Positions 10,490-20,200 of a stretch of 64,000 bases of DNA are shown one piece after another. Where the stretch lies: NCBI GenBank assembly GCA_963733055.1, contig CAVTBR010000003.1, positions 480,001-544,000 on the forward strand, read 5' to 3'. Positions within the stretch are counted from its first letter, which is position 1; each line of letters begins with the position of its first letter. The stretch is from Candidatus Bathyarchaeota archaeon (GTDB lineage: Archaea > Thermoproteota > Bathyarchaeia > 40CM-2-53-6). The notes under the pieces are model-generated. The model was given only the letters and a program-made list of their open reading frames with translations, did not search any database and was not told the origin of the DNA. Position numbers and translations under genes: made by a program.

Positions 10490-10521
10490 AGTTAATAATA
10501 AATTGTTAATGTTTATTAACT
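10490..10521. promoter_or_regulatory. Inverted-repeat operator upstream of the metal ABC operon (candidate NikR-like site)
   Basis: AGTTAATAA-N14-TTATTAACT perfect 9-bp inverted repeat in the AT-rich promoter. Confidence 0.6.
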
Positions 10522-10569
10522 GAATTGTAGTAGAATAGGAAAACATCCCAACGAAGGTTGAATGAAAGA

Positions 10570-11529
10570 ATGGAAAGGAAATCAATGGGCATCGCAGCGG
10601 TATTAGTCGTTATCATTCTTGCAGCGGCAACCTTTGCAGGCCTATATCTCACAAACCAGAACCAGTCCACCCAATCAACTCAAACGACCCAAGCCGGCTC
10701 TTCTCAGGCTTCTAAGATATCGGTCGTCGCGGGCGAGAATTTCTGGGGTAGTTTAGTATCCCAACTGGGCGGTTCGCGGACTCAGGTCTTAAGCGTAGTT
10801 ACCGATCCCAACGCCGACCCCCATGAATACGAGAGCAATAGCCAAGACGCACAGGCGATCGCTAACGCTGGGCTTGTAATCGTTAATGGTGCAGGGTACG
10901 ACAACTGGGCACTCAAACTAATTGCCGCAAGCAACGCGCCGCATCAAGTAGTCCTGAACGTGGCCGATCTTCTCGGCAAGAAAGAAGGAGACAATCCGCA
11001 TTTCTGGTACAGCCCATACTATGTGAACGAGACAGTGAAAGCAATGTACATGGACCTAATATCCATCGATCCATCAGATATAGCATATTTCACACAACAG
11101 TATTCCAACCTTAATGCCTCCCTCGGCGTGTATAATTCCCGAATCAGCGAAATCCGGACACAGTTCGCAGGCACGAAAGTGGCGTCCACCGAGAGTATAT
11201 TCGTCTACTTAGCGGACGCAGCTGGTCTCGACGTCGTTTCTCCTCCGGCCTTCATGAACGCTGTCGCGGAAGGAAACGATCCGCCAGCCCAAAGCGTCGT
11301 GGAATTTCAGCAGCTGATCCAGAACGGAAACTTCAGCGTTCTCGTCTACAACGCGCAAACCGTAACACCGCTTACACAGAACATCAAGGCATTGGCTGCC
11401 GCGAAAGGAATTCCGATTGTCGCGGTAACGGAAACGATCCAACCACAAGACGTATTGTTCCAAGATTGGATGAACGCGGAACTGATAACTCTTCAGAACG
11501 CGCTGAACGCACAAGCCCTTGGGCATTAA
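10570..11529 (+). CDS. Zn/Mn ABC transporter substrate-binding protein (ZnuA-like)
   Basis: N-terminal TM anchor; ADPHEYE, NGAGYD and NPHFWY motifs. Confidence 0.9.
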   Translation: MERKSMGIAAVLVVIILAAATFAGLYLTNQNQSTQSTQTTQAGSSQASKISVVAGENFWGSLVSQLGGSRTQVLSVVTDPNADPHEYESNSQDAQAIANAGLVIVNGAGYDNWALKLIAASNAPHQVVLNVADLLGKKEGDNPHFWYSPYYVNETVKAMYMDLISIDPSDIAYFTQQYSNLNASLGVYNSRISEIRTQFAGTKVASTESIFVYLADAAGLDVVSPPAFMNAVAEGNDPPAQSVVEFQQLIQNGNFSVLVYNAQTVTPLTQNIKALAAAKGIPIVAVTETIQPQDVLFQDWMNAELITLQNALNAQALGH

Positions 11530-11555
11530 GAACGTGAGCTAAAACGGCAGATCAG

Positions 11556-12359
11556 ATTACGACCCCTAGCTCGACCCAGTCCGAGATTGTCACGGCCGAA
11601 AATCTTGTAGCGGGATACCCGGGAAAAATTGTCTGGCGGGGCGCCGGCTTCAATTTCGATCGCGGCGAACTCGTCGCCATCATTGGCCCCAATGGAGCGG
11701 GCAAGACAACGCTATTTCGCCTGCTTCTCGGCCTACAGCAACCTGTTAGCGGAACCATCAAGATCTTCAACGAACCCCCTAAACGGGGAAACCCACGCAT
11801 TGGCTATGTTCCTCAAAGGCACGTAATAGATAGCGAGACGAATGTCGAATGCCTTGAACTAGTCCACTTGGCATACTGCGGCCACCAATGGGGCTTCCAC
11901 TTATCCGCAAAGGCCGGACGCAAAGCCGCCCTTACAGCTCTCAAAGCGGTGGGAGCCGCAGAATTTGCACCTCAACCACTCAACGCTTTATCGGGCGGCG
12001 AGTTGCAACGAATATTCCTCGCGGAGGCGTTGGTAAGCGATCCGGATATACTGTTGCTTGATGAACCTTTGTCAAGTCTTGATATTCGGCGAGCGAAAGA
12101 ATTAGTGCAGCTGGTCAATGGAGTTGTACGATCGCGTAACGTGACCGCATTGCTGGTCGCGCACGACATTAACCCGCTTCTTCCATACCTGGATAAAGTG
12201 GTCTACATAGCAAACGGGAGGGTCGCAACAGGGAAGCCAAAGGACGTCCTTACCTCCGAGCGTCTTACAGCTCTGTATGACGTCCAGGTTGAAGTTATTC
12301 GTGATTCTAGAGGAAACGTTGCGATCATCGGCATTGAAGATCACCACGGAGACCCATAG
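11556..12359 (+). CDS. Zn/Mn ABC transporter ATP-binding protein (ZnuC-like); start codon non-canonical or uncertain
   Basis: Same frame upstream of the track start encodes Walker A GPNGAGKTT (11685) and IGYVPQ; LSGGE and LLLDEP follow. In-frame TGA at 11535 and no ATG/GTG/TTG before Walker A. Confidence 0.85.
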   Translation: MTTPSSTQSEIVTAENLVAGYPGKIVWRGAGFNFDRGELVAIIGPNGAGKTTLFRLLLGLQQPVSGTIKIFNEPPKRGNPRIGYVPQRHVIDSETNVECLELVHLAYCGHQWGFHLSAKAGRKAALTALKAVGAAEFAPQPLNALSGGELQRIFLAEALVSDPDILLLDEPLSSLDIRRAKELVQLVNGVVRSRNVTALLVAHDINPLLPYLDKVVYIANGRVATGKPKDVLTSERLTALYDVQVEVIRDSRGNVAIIGIEDHHGDP

Positions 12360-12361
12360 CA

Positions 12362-13264
12362 ATGGCCTTCAGCGCAAATTTACTACTCGACCTGCAACAG
12401 ATCTTCCAATACCAATTCATGCAGCACGCTTTCGAAGCCGGAACGCTAGTAGCGATCGTAGCCGGCATCGTGGGCTATTTTGTCGTATTGCGTCGTTCCT
12501 CCTTCGCGGCGCACGCACTCTCACACATCGGCTTCGCCGGAGCAGCGGGCGCAGTACTAGTGGGAGTTAGTCCTGTCCTCGGTTTGTTAGTCTTCACTAG
12601 CGTCGGTGGGATGGGGATGACTATTCTCGGCCCGCGAGCGTCCCATCGAGATGTCCAAATTGGCACCGTTCTCGCGTTCATGCTTGGACTTGGGGTTTTG
12701 TTCATTAGCCTCTATACCGGTTACGCGACGGAAGCCTACTCGATTCTTTTCGGAGAAATACTCGGCATCAGCAGCGTAGACGTCTTGGTGACGGCTGTTG
12801 CTGCGTTAGTAATTCTCTGTGCGGTTGCATTCGTATATCGACCTTTACTGTTCGCGTCGCTCGACGAAGACGTTGCGGAAGCGAAAGGGTTGCACATGCA
12901 TATGCTCGGAATCGTGTTCATGCTTCTGGTTGCACTTGCCACATCGATTGCCGTTCAAGTAGTCGGCGTACTTCTAATTTTCTCCTTGATGGTGACGCCG
13001 GCAGCGATCGCACAGCGCCTTGCCAAGAGACCTTGGCACGCCGTGGTACTGTCAGTAATCATCTCCTTGGGTGCCACATGGTTGGGTCTTTTTGTAGCAT
13101 TTTACGAACCCTACCCCGTGAGTTTCTTCATAACAACCATCGTGTTCGTCCTCTACTTGATTGTTAGATTCTTCCACCCGAGGATCAAGCCAATGAAAGC
13201 CCCGGAACCACACCTTCAGGACGAGCCAGCAGGCCAGATGGCTATGCCTCCAGTTGCGGCGTAA
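12362..13264 (+). CDS. Zn/Mn ABC transporter permease (ZnuB-like)
   Basis: HALSHIGFAG, LFGEILG and VVGVLLIFSLMVTPAA motifs; multi-TM. Confidence 0.9.
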   Translation: MAFSANLLLDLQQIFQYQFMQHAFEAGTLVAIVAGIVGYFVVLRRSSFAAHALSHIGFAGAAGAVLVGVSPVLGLLVFTSVGGMGMTILGPRASHRDVQIGTVLAFMLGLGVLFISLYTGYATEAYSILFGEILGISSVDVLVTAVAALVILCAVAFVYRPLLFASLDEDVAEAKGLHMHMLGIVFMLLVALATSIAVQVVGVLLIFSLMVTPAAIAQRLAKRPWHAVVLSVIISLGATWLGLFVAFYEPYPVSFFITTIVFVLYLIVRFFHPRIKPMKAPEPHLQDEPAGQMAMPPVAA

Positions 13265-13316
13265 CCCATCGGCGGCGATTTGTCATTCCGAAAACAAAAT
13301 AGACTTTGCTAAAGAC

Positions 13317-13356
13317 GTTAATAAGTTACCGCAGAATGTTCCTATTGATTATTAAG
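13317..13356. promoter_or_regulatory. Second copy of the operator half-sites, upstream of the NikR-like gene
   Basis: GTTAATAA (13317) and TTATTAAG (13349): same half-site as at 10490, with a spacer 10 bp longer. Confidence 0.45.
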
Positions 13357-13372
13357 AACGGAGGACGCCGGA

Positions 13373-13759
13373 ATGACCATAGTCAGCTTATCGTTTCCCG
13401 AAACCATGATCAACGAGATGAATCAAATCCAGAAGGAGGGAGGGTTCGCGGGTAGATCCGAACTCGTGAGGGCTGCCGTTAGATTACTGATCGAGGATTC
13501 GAAGGAGAAGGACAACCTTTCGGGTCACATGAACGCAATCGTTCTGGTGACGCATGACGAGTCCGACGAAGCGCCCGTAACCCGACTCAAACATGAATTC
13601 GAAGAAATCGTGAGGACACACATTCATAACAAGATAAGCAAAAGCAACTGCGTCGAACTTTTCCTACTGGAAGGGGACGGAAAGAAGATCGCCTCGATGG
13701 TACGAGAATTTCAAAAGGAAGACAAGCTGAAGAGCGTAAAACTGGTCGCAATAGATTGA
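13373..13759 (+). CDS. NikR-family ribbon-helix-helix metal-responsive regulator
   Basis: IVSLSF...RSELVRAAVR RHH domain; THIH...C metal site. Confidence 0.85.
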   Translation: MTIVSLSFPETMINEMNQIQKEGGFAGRSELVRAAVRLLIEDSKEKDNLSGHMNAIVLVTHDESDEAPVTRLKHEFEEIVRTHIHNKISKSNCVELFLLEGDGKKIASMVREFQKEDKLKSVKLVAID

Positions 13760-13860
13760 AAAACGAAAACTCATGCTCGACCATTTAGAACAATACGAAC
13801 GCAACAAGGAGAAACAGAATATGATCATATCCTTGCGCGATTATGACCATGATGCGTGGA

Positions 13861-14370
13861 CTATCTCGCTACTTGGTTCCTCTTGAGCCATTTGTCGTCC
13901 GCAAGAACTACCGAGGTTTCGATCTGGCGATCAGAGATAGACCAATACTCTCTCAAGAGCCGATCCTTTGTTTCCTTCGATACCTGTTTGAAGCCTTGAT
14001 TTCTGTAGAAACGCACCGCCCACGCTGCGTCCTCCCACGTGCCAACTAGAAAGGGACGAGTTGTCAAGCTGCGGAGATGCGTCAATAGCTGACTTCCGAT
14101 TCCACGATTCTGATGGCGTGGAGAGGTGTACGCATGCCGGATCAGACTGACATCCTTAACGTCCTGAATGCCCATGACGCCGAGTAGGGTAGAGTTCTCC
14201 TCGTACCCCCAGAACACCACGCCGTCGCTAATTTCGCCTCGAAGTTCGTCTTTCCCCATGTAGGGTTCTCTCCAACAATCCTTGGGGATAACTCCACGGT
14301 AAACTTGCGCGGATTCGTTAATTATTGTGTAGACCGGTTCGAAATCCTCATCCCGGTATTTGCGAATCAT
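13861..14370 (-). CDS. GNAT N-acetyltransferase
   Basis: HQNRGIGSQLL acetyl-CoA motif and AVRFYRNQGF; ATG at 14370 preferred over the upstream start. Confidence 0.85.
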   Translation of the reverse strand: MIRKYRDEDFEPVYTIINESAQVYRGVIPKDCWREPYMGKDELRGEISDGVVFWGYEENSTLLGVMGIQDVKDVSLIRHAYTSPRHQNRGIGSQLLTHLRSLTTRPFLVGTWEDAAWAVRFYRNQGFKQVSKETKDRLLREYWSISDRQIETSVVLADDKWLKRNQVAR

Positions 14371-14523
14371 TTCCAAACCGTTCCTGTTACTTTTTGGCTT
14401 TTTCTTTCTTAGCATCTTCGAGCATCTTGCTTTTAGCGAGTTTAGGGTTCTGGATGTACAAAATGATAGCATTGGCGTGACCGTGTCCCAACCCGCAGTC
14501 CGATTTCATCAAAATGGCTGCTT

Positions 14524-14938
14524 CTAGGTATGACGCTCTCTGCTTCTGGCCGAGGACGTGTTCGAAGAAACGGCGGCACGAACGAGAGCCTTGAAAGCCT
14601 TCTCGTTAATCTCGTCTCCTTCATGGATGACTAGTGCGCAGCGTGGCGTTGCCTTCGAGGCTGGCGTTGAAGACGCCTTTCGGGTCCTTGAGAGAAGCTC
14701 CCTTGGCGAAGGTCAGCCTCACGTGGTTCTTGTAGGTCTCCCCGGTGCAAATGATCCCGTCGTGAGACCATACCGGAACCCCGGCGGGGTTCGATGGCTT
14801 CCTCCATTTCACCTCCTCGACCACGCTGGGATCGGCTTGCTTGATCAGGGAACGGATGCGTGAGAGCGTCTTGCCGCGCCAGTCAGTAAGGCCCGCGATT
14901 TGCTTGTCAATAAGTTCGGATGGGTTCAGGTGTTTCAC
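14524..14938 (-). pseudogene. DUF1801/YdhG-like protein with a +1 frameshift at about 14640
   Basis: DWRGKTL..IR.LI..ADP.V.EEVKW and FAKGASLKDP motifs; the expected tail (IHEGDEINEKAFKALVRAAV) continues in another frame. Confidence 0.8.
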
Positions 14939-14957
14939 CGCTCCTATGAGCTATCAG

Positions 14958-15365
14958 TTAGGCGCCGGAACGAGCTGCCTTTAGCACGTAAGCTGATGCG
15001 AGAACGAAAATAGCCTCCAGCGTCTTGATGAGCACAACGGTCGGGAAGGGCGGGTGGGGCGGTACGCCGAAGATCGTTACTCCAGCCGCCGACAATGAGT
15101 AAATTACAATCGAGCCCAGATTGCCTAGGATCCCTAGTGCCAGGAGCGTAGGATTCTTCGATTTGAGAATAACCCTAATCCATACGAGTTGGAATAGGCC
15201 GAGCACGAAGAAGAAGATCTCGCCTGCGACAAAATTTTGACCAAAGTATCCCTCTGCTAATGCTGGTGCAAATATCAATGTGGGGAGGGCTGGCACCAGG
15301 TGGTAGAGGGCTGGGAAAACCAGGGCAGCCGCCCCAATACGCCTTATTGTCTTGACTGAAACCAA
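14958..15365 (-). CDS. Hypothetical 4-TM membrane protein
   Basis: Four hydrophobic segments; co-oriented with its neighbours. Confidence 0.7.
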   Translation of the reverse strand: MVSVKTIRRIGAAALVFPALYHLVPALPTLIFAPALAEGYFGQNFVAGEIFFFVLGLFQLVWIRVILKSKNPTLLALGILGNLGSIVIYSLSAAGVTIFGVPPHPPFPTVVLIKTLEAIFVLASAYVLKAARSGA

Positions 15366-15444
15366 TACGCTAACCTTCTTCTGTGGCGCTCATGGCCGCC
15401 CGGGTTGGTCTTTTCTTTGTAGTAGTCGTTTATCTACGCAAAAT

Positions 15445-15834
15445 CTAGTATTGCAGTTGTGTTATCTGTATCAGGTTGCCGCATGTGTCATCAAGTACGG
15501 CGATAGTAGATCCAGTCACTTTTGTCGGCTCCATGGTAAACTTCACGTCAAGTTTTTTCAATCTTTCATGCTCTTTTTTGATATCGTCTACGAAGAATGA
15601 TGACGCTCGAACACTTTGCTTGAAAATTGCTTCCTGATATGCTTCGGCTGCTGGGTTACTATTTGGTTCGAGAACCAATTGTGTGCCGTCTTGGTCTTCT
15701 GGCGATACGACGGTCAGCCATCTGTAATTTCCAGCAGTAATATCCATCTTTTTTACAAAACCCAACTTCTCAGTGTAGAACCTCAGGGCCTTGTCTTGAT
15801 CGTTTACGAAAACACTGGTCAGCTTGATCTTCAT
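15445..15834 (-). CDS. VOC/glyoxalase family protein
   Basis: V.DQDKALRFYTEKLGF and DDTCGNLIQI motifs. Confidence 0.9.
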   Translation of the reverse strand: MKIKLTSVFVNDQDKALRFYTEKLGFVKKMDITAGNYRWLTVVSPEDQDGTQLVLEPNSNPAAEAYQEAIFKQSVRASSFFVDDIKKEHERLKKLDVKFTMEPTKVTGSTIAVLDDTCGNLIQITQLQY

Positions 15835-15965
15835 TTTGACATCTCGCTCCCATCCCTATTAGTTCTGCTTCCTTGTGGGATTTTGTACAGAATATCCGAA
15901 TGGATGTTCAGGCCGATGTTGCTCATACAATCACACTTTAATGCATGGAGATTATGATATATATG

Positions 15966-15997
15966 CTTAACTTCTAAGATACTTAGACTGTAAGATA
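15966..15997. promoter_or_regulatory. Tandem MarR-type operator boxes
   Basis: Two adjacent CTTA-N5-TAAGATA boxes at a 16-bp period, between the divergent VOC and MarR genes. Confidence 0.6.
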
Positions 15998-16000
15998 AAA

Positions 16001-16483
16001 GTGGATGGAATTATGTCAAACGTTCCAGAGAAAAAGCAGTTACTCCAGGCATTCAGAATGCTGAGTACGCAGGCAATCATGCTACATCAAGCAGTTGCCG
16101 ATATGCTGAACCTGAATATTACGGACTACAAGTGCATGGATCTGATTGCTCGTCTTGGGCCGATGACAGCAGGTAAACTTGCGGAGCACTCCGGCCTCAC
16201 AACTGGCGCCATAACCGGTGTAGTAGACAGGTTAGAAAAAGCTGGGTACGCAAATCGAGCCGACAATCCAAAGGACAGGAGATCGATTATCGTTGAATTG
16301 ACTTGGAACAAGAAGAATCAGAAAGCATACGAAGAAATATTTCTTCCATTGGAGCGAAAAGTAGAGAAACAAGCTTCTTCCTACACCACCAAAGAACTCT
16401 CACTATTCATTGAACTGATACACAATACAGCAAAGATCTTGCATGAAGAGACCATTAGACTAACCAAGAAATCGGAGAATTAG
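16001..16483 (+). CDS. MarR family transcriptional regulator
   Basis: TAGKLAEHSGLTTGAITGVVDRLEKAGY...DRR wHTH. Confidence 0.9.
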   Translation: MDGIMSNVPEKKQLLQAFRMLSTQAIMLHQAVADMLNLNITDYKCMDLIARLGPMTAGKLAEHSGLTTGAITGVVDRLEKAGYANRADNPKDRRSIIVELTWNKKNQKAYEEIFLPLERKVEKQASSYTTKELSLFIELIHNTAKILHEETIRLTKKSEN

Positions 16484-16503
16484 TGAAATTTCATGGTGAT
16501 AAT

Positions 16504-17091
16504 ATGAGCGCATCCGCAAGAGAAAGGACAGAGTCAAAAGTACTTGCTACTAAAGTAACTAGTGATGAAGCCTTTGCAAAAGGCACTGAATGGAGCCAAA
16601 GAACTTTTCTTTACAAAAATGCTACTGAAAGCATAAGGGCTGGAAGGCCCTTGGCCGCGGGCCTCTACTACCACAAAAACGGCAGGGGCATTGTTAGCAT
16701 CTTTTCGGGCATCGAGGGCGGCTTTCGTGCGCGGGTGGTGCAGGTTGACAATGCCGGAAACTTGAGCTTTGCAAAGAAGAAAGTAGGTTCAACAGATCCT
16801 CCAACTAAGGTCGAAGAAGCCGTAGATAGAGGCAAAAGACTTGCAGACGCATCAGAAGTGCTTGCAAACACCGCATTCTTGGAGGCCAATCCGGGAGAAC
16901 TTATTGTATTCGGCTCCAAAAATGCAACAGCATTGACTGGAGGAAAAGAGATTGAAAAAGGATATTATTTGACGGTTCATAAGAAAGCCAAACTAAAAGT
17001 CCTGCTTGCCGAACAACTAACAGAAAAAAGAAAAGAAGTTGCTGAGTTAGAAAGGAAACTAGAACAGGCAATAAAAGCCGATTTCGATTGA
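16504..17091 (+). CDS. Hypothetical protein with C-terminal coiled coil
   Basis: Open frame of about 195 codons with protein-like composition; no recognised motif. Confidence 0.6.
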   Translation: MSASARERTESKVLATKVTSDEAFAKGTEWSQRTFLYKNATESIRAGRPLAAGLYYHKNGRGIVSIFSGIEGGFRARVVQVDNAGNLSFAKKKVGSTDPPTKVEEAVDRGKRLADASEVLANTAFLEANPGELIVFGSKNATALTGGKEIEKGYYLTVHKKAKLKVLLAEQLTEKRKEVAELERKLEQAIKADFD

Positions 17092-17102
17092 ACCCACGAA
17101 AG

Positions 17103-17122
17103 TGGTGGGGCCGGTCGGACTT
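17103..17122 (-). repeat. Degenerate tRNA 3'-end fragment (att-like site 1)
   Basis: TGGTGGGGCCGGTcGGAcTT matches the 23169/47885 repeat at 18 of 20 positions; minus strand ends ...CGGCCCCACCA. Confidence 0.65.
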
Positions 17123-17262
17123 AATTGGAATTCTCGGTGGGGCTACCTATGAAACGCCCCATTCTGAGTCGTTTTCTTGAGTCCCAGCAGATACATGCGA
17201 TTAGTCTTGGGTCGACTCCGACGGTCTAGATCGTTGCCGCGATTCGGTGTTCGATGGGCCGA

Positions 17263-20200
17263 CTATGCTGAAAATCTTCTCTGCGCTTTCTCTAGGTCAC
17301 GTTTGGCTCCCAGTTTCTGGAAGATTTCCGCGGCTTGGTCTAAGCGTTTCTTTGATTCTTCCGGGCTCGTTTGAGCTATGGCTTCGGAGTAGGCTCTGAG
17401 AGCTTTAGCGTGGTAGTATGGCCATCCTGCCTTCTCCCATAGGGCTAAGGATTTTGCAATCGACTCTTCTGCCCTCTCTCGTTCACCAGCTGCGAGGTGG
17501 ATGATTGCTTCTGCTTGCGCGCTCATGGCTAGGCCCGCGTTGCTGCGCAATTGCTCCGATAGTCTCGCAGCCCACTGACTAGCCTCTCGTGCCTTATCCA
17601 GTTCCTGAAGTTTCGAGTACATTTCGGTAAGGTGAAGTAATGTCTCGATGTGCAGAATTGGCTGGGAGCTGAATTCCAACTTTCTGAAGGCGTTGACAGC
17701 GATTTCGAAGTGTTGCCTAGCCTCCACCTCGCGCCCCTGCTCTTCCCTAAGCAACCCCAACCCGACATGCAGGGGCACAACGCTTCCGATCTTGGTGTCA
17801 TCCTTCATCGACTCAAGGGCCCGCTCAAAATCCGCTCCCGCTTTCTGCAAATCTCCCATACCGAGCAGCAGAAAACCTCTCTTTATTTGGGCAAGTGCTT
17901 TGGTTGAGAGGGGCGTCCCGAGCCGTGCAAGGATTTCAAATGATCTTTCAACCTCACCTAGAGCGGCTTTCCAATCCCCTATGAAGAAGTCGATTTCAGA
18001 CAGCCTCAACCACGCTGAAACTTCGTAGATGACGTGGTTTATGCGCTTGCATAGTTCAAGTCGTCGAACGGCGAACTCTCTTGCCTTTGCAAGATCCCTC
18101 GGGTATGTATAGAGACCTAGATTTAGCAGACAGTAAGACGCCTGCGCGAATAGTTCGTGCTCCTTAGAGATTTGGAGGGCCTTTTCTAGAAGAGGCAGAC
18201 CTTCGTCTACCCGGCCCGTATCTGCAAGATAACCGCCTTTAGTACCTAAGCCATCGGCGACGGCTACGAAATTGCCACTCTTCTCGCCCGCATCAATGCC
18301 TTTGTCAATCCAGCCAACCGCTTCTTGGTATTCATCCAGTAGACCTAGCCAGAAGGCTAAGCGCGAGTAGATTGATGCGGCTTCAAAACTATCAGGATCA
18401 CTCTCCACGTATTTGAGGGCTCGTCTAGTGACTATGATTGCCTCCTTGGCGCCGATCGTAGGCCCCTTCGCATCGTAGATTGCATCTGAAGAATCGGCGC
18501 GTATCCGTGCGCAAGACTTGTAATCGTGTAGCCTCTCGAAAAGTGCAAGAGCCTCTTCATAGCGGACTGTGCTCTCTTGCGCATCCCCGGCGAAATAGTA
18601 GGCGCCACCAAGTTTTTCCAAGACAGATGCTTTTTCTTCGTCTCTTCCTCCCTCTAAGTCGAGGAGTTCGAGAGCGCGTTTGTAATCGGTAACTGCTTGG
18701 TCATATGCATGGATCGAAATGTTTCTATCGCCAGCGATGATTGAATACCTGGTGCAATGTTGCGTGTCGCCAGCATCATAGTAATGACTCGCGATGGCCT
18801 CCGCGTGCTGGTCTAAGTTCGTGGCGTAGATTTTCTCCATTGCTTCAGCGATTTTCTGATGGTATCTCCCGCTTCTAATCTTGCTCAGGTTGCCTAGCAT
18901 CAGTTCCCTGATGCGGCTATCGACGAACCTGAAGACGCCTTTCTTGCTAGGTTCCTCGATAAGCCTAGAAGCAAGAGCCTTCTCAAGGCGATCAAGCAGC
19001 AGATCCTCCTCGACTCCGGACACTTCACCAAGAACATCGAAATCAAATTCAAAACCAATTACGGACGCGACGACCATAGTGTTCAAAGTGTCAGGATCAA
19101 ACTTCTTGATCCTTGATTCGAGGGCAGCTTTGACGCTCTTGGGAACAACCAGTTCTTGGATCGGTTTTCTTTCCCATCCTTTGTCGCTGCGGTATATAGT
19201 TCCGTCCTCTACTAGTGACCGTAGAATCTCTTCGACGAAAAACGGATTGCCGCCGGTGCGTTGGTGAATCAGGTTGACGAGTTCTGCGCTGACGCTGGGT
19301 TCACCGAAAATTTCCGTCACCAGCCTGCCGGACTCTTCAAGCGTGAGGTTCTTCAATGAAATGTTTTCGAGAACTCGTTCTCTGTTTAGTCTCATCAGGC
19401 TTTTCTCAAGCGGGCTGTCTGCCTCTATTTCTTCGGTGCGGTAACCACAGATAGCTAGGATTCGTAAGTTGCCCGTGCTCCTCACGAAATACTCCAGAAG
19501 GTCTATTGAAGCCTGATCTGCCCATTCCATGTCGTCAAGCAGGACCAGAAGTGGCTGTTCCTTAGAGACTGCAATCAGGAATTGTGTTATCGTTTCGAAT
19601 AATCGAATCTTATCCTGTTGTTCACCAATCGATTTCACGGGAGGAATCGTGCCGAGTTTGACCGTAATGTCCGGCACCAATCTCGCTAGATCTGCAGGGT
19701 TTCCCGCTATCATTCGGCGAAGGACCTCGCTAGGCACGCTGGCGACGTATTCGCGCAGAAGCTCAACCCATGGAGAATAGGGAACTTTATCCTCGGTTCC
19801 CCTGCCTGTGAGGACCGAGGCTCCTTCGGACTGCGCGTATGAGGTCAACTCACGAAGAATACGACTCTTACCAGCACCAGCCTCCCCATGGATAACAACT
19901 ATAGAGGATTTGCCGGCTTGAGCATCCTGAAAAGCAGACCTGAGCCTGGACAACTCTTCATCACGCCCCACCAAAGGTGTGAGCCATCGTGGTTCTCTGA
20001 ACGCCACTGGTCGAGTAAGCTGGGGTTCAGGACCGGCTTTCTCGGCCACAAGTCCCTCTAGGAGGAATTCTCTTTGGGACACTTCGATGCCATGGGCCCA
20101 CTTGATACGTAGGAATTTCCCCAATCGTCCCTCAACGTCCTTCTCGAAAACTTCTATGTTCACATCGAATAGGTCTACGACCGCCTGCGTTTCCTCAGGG

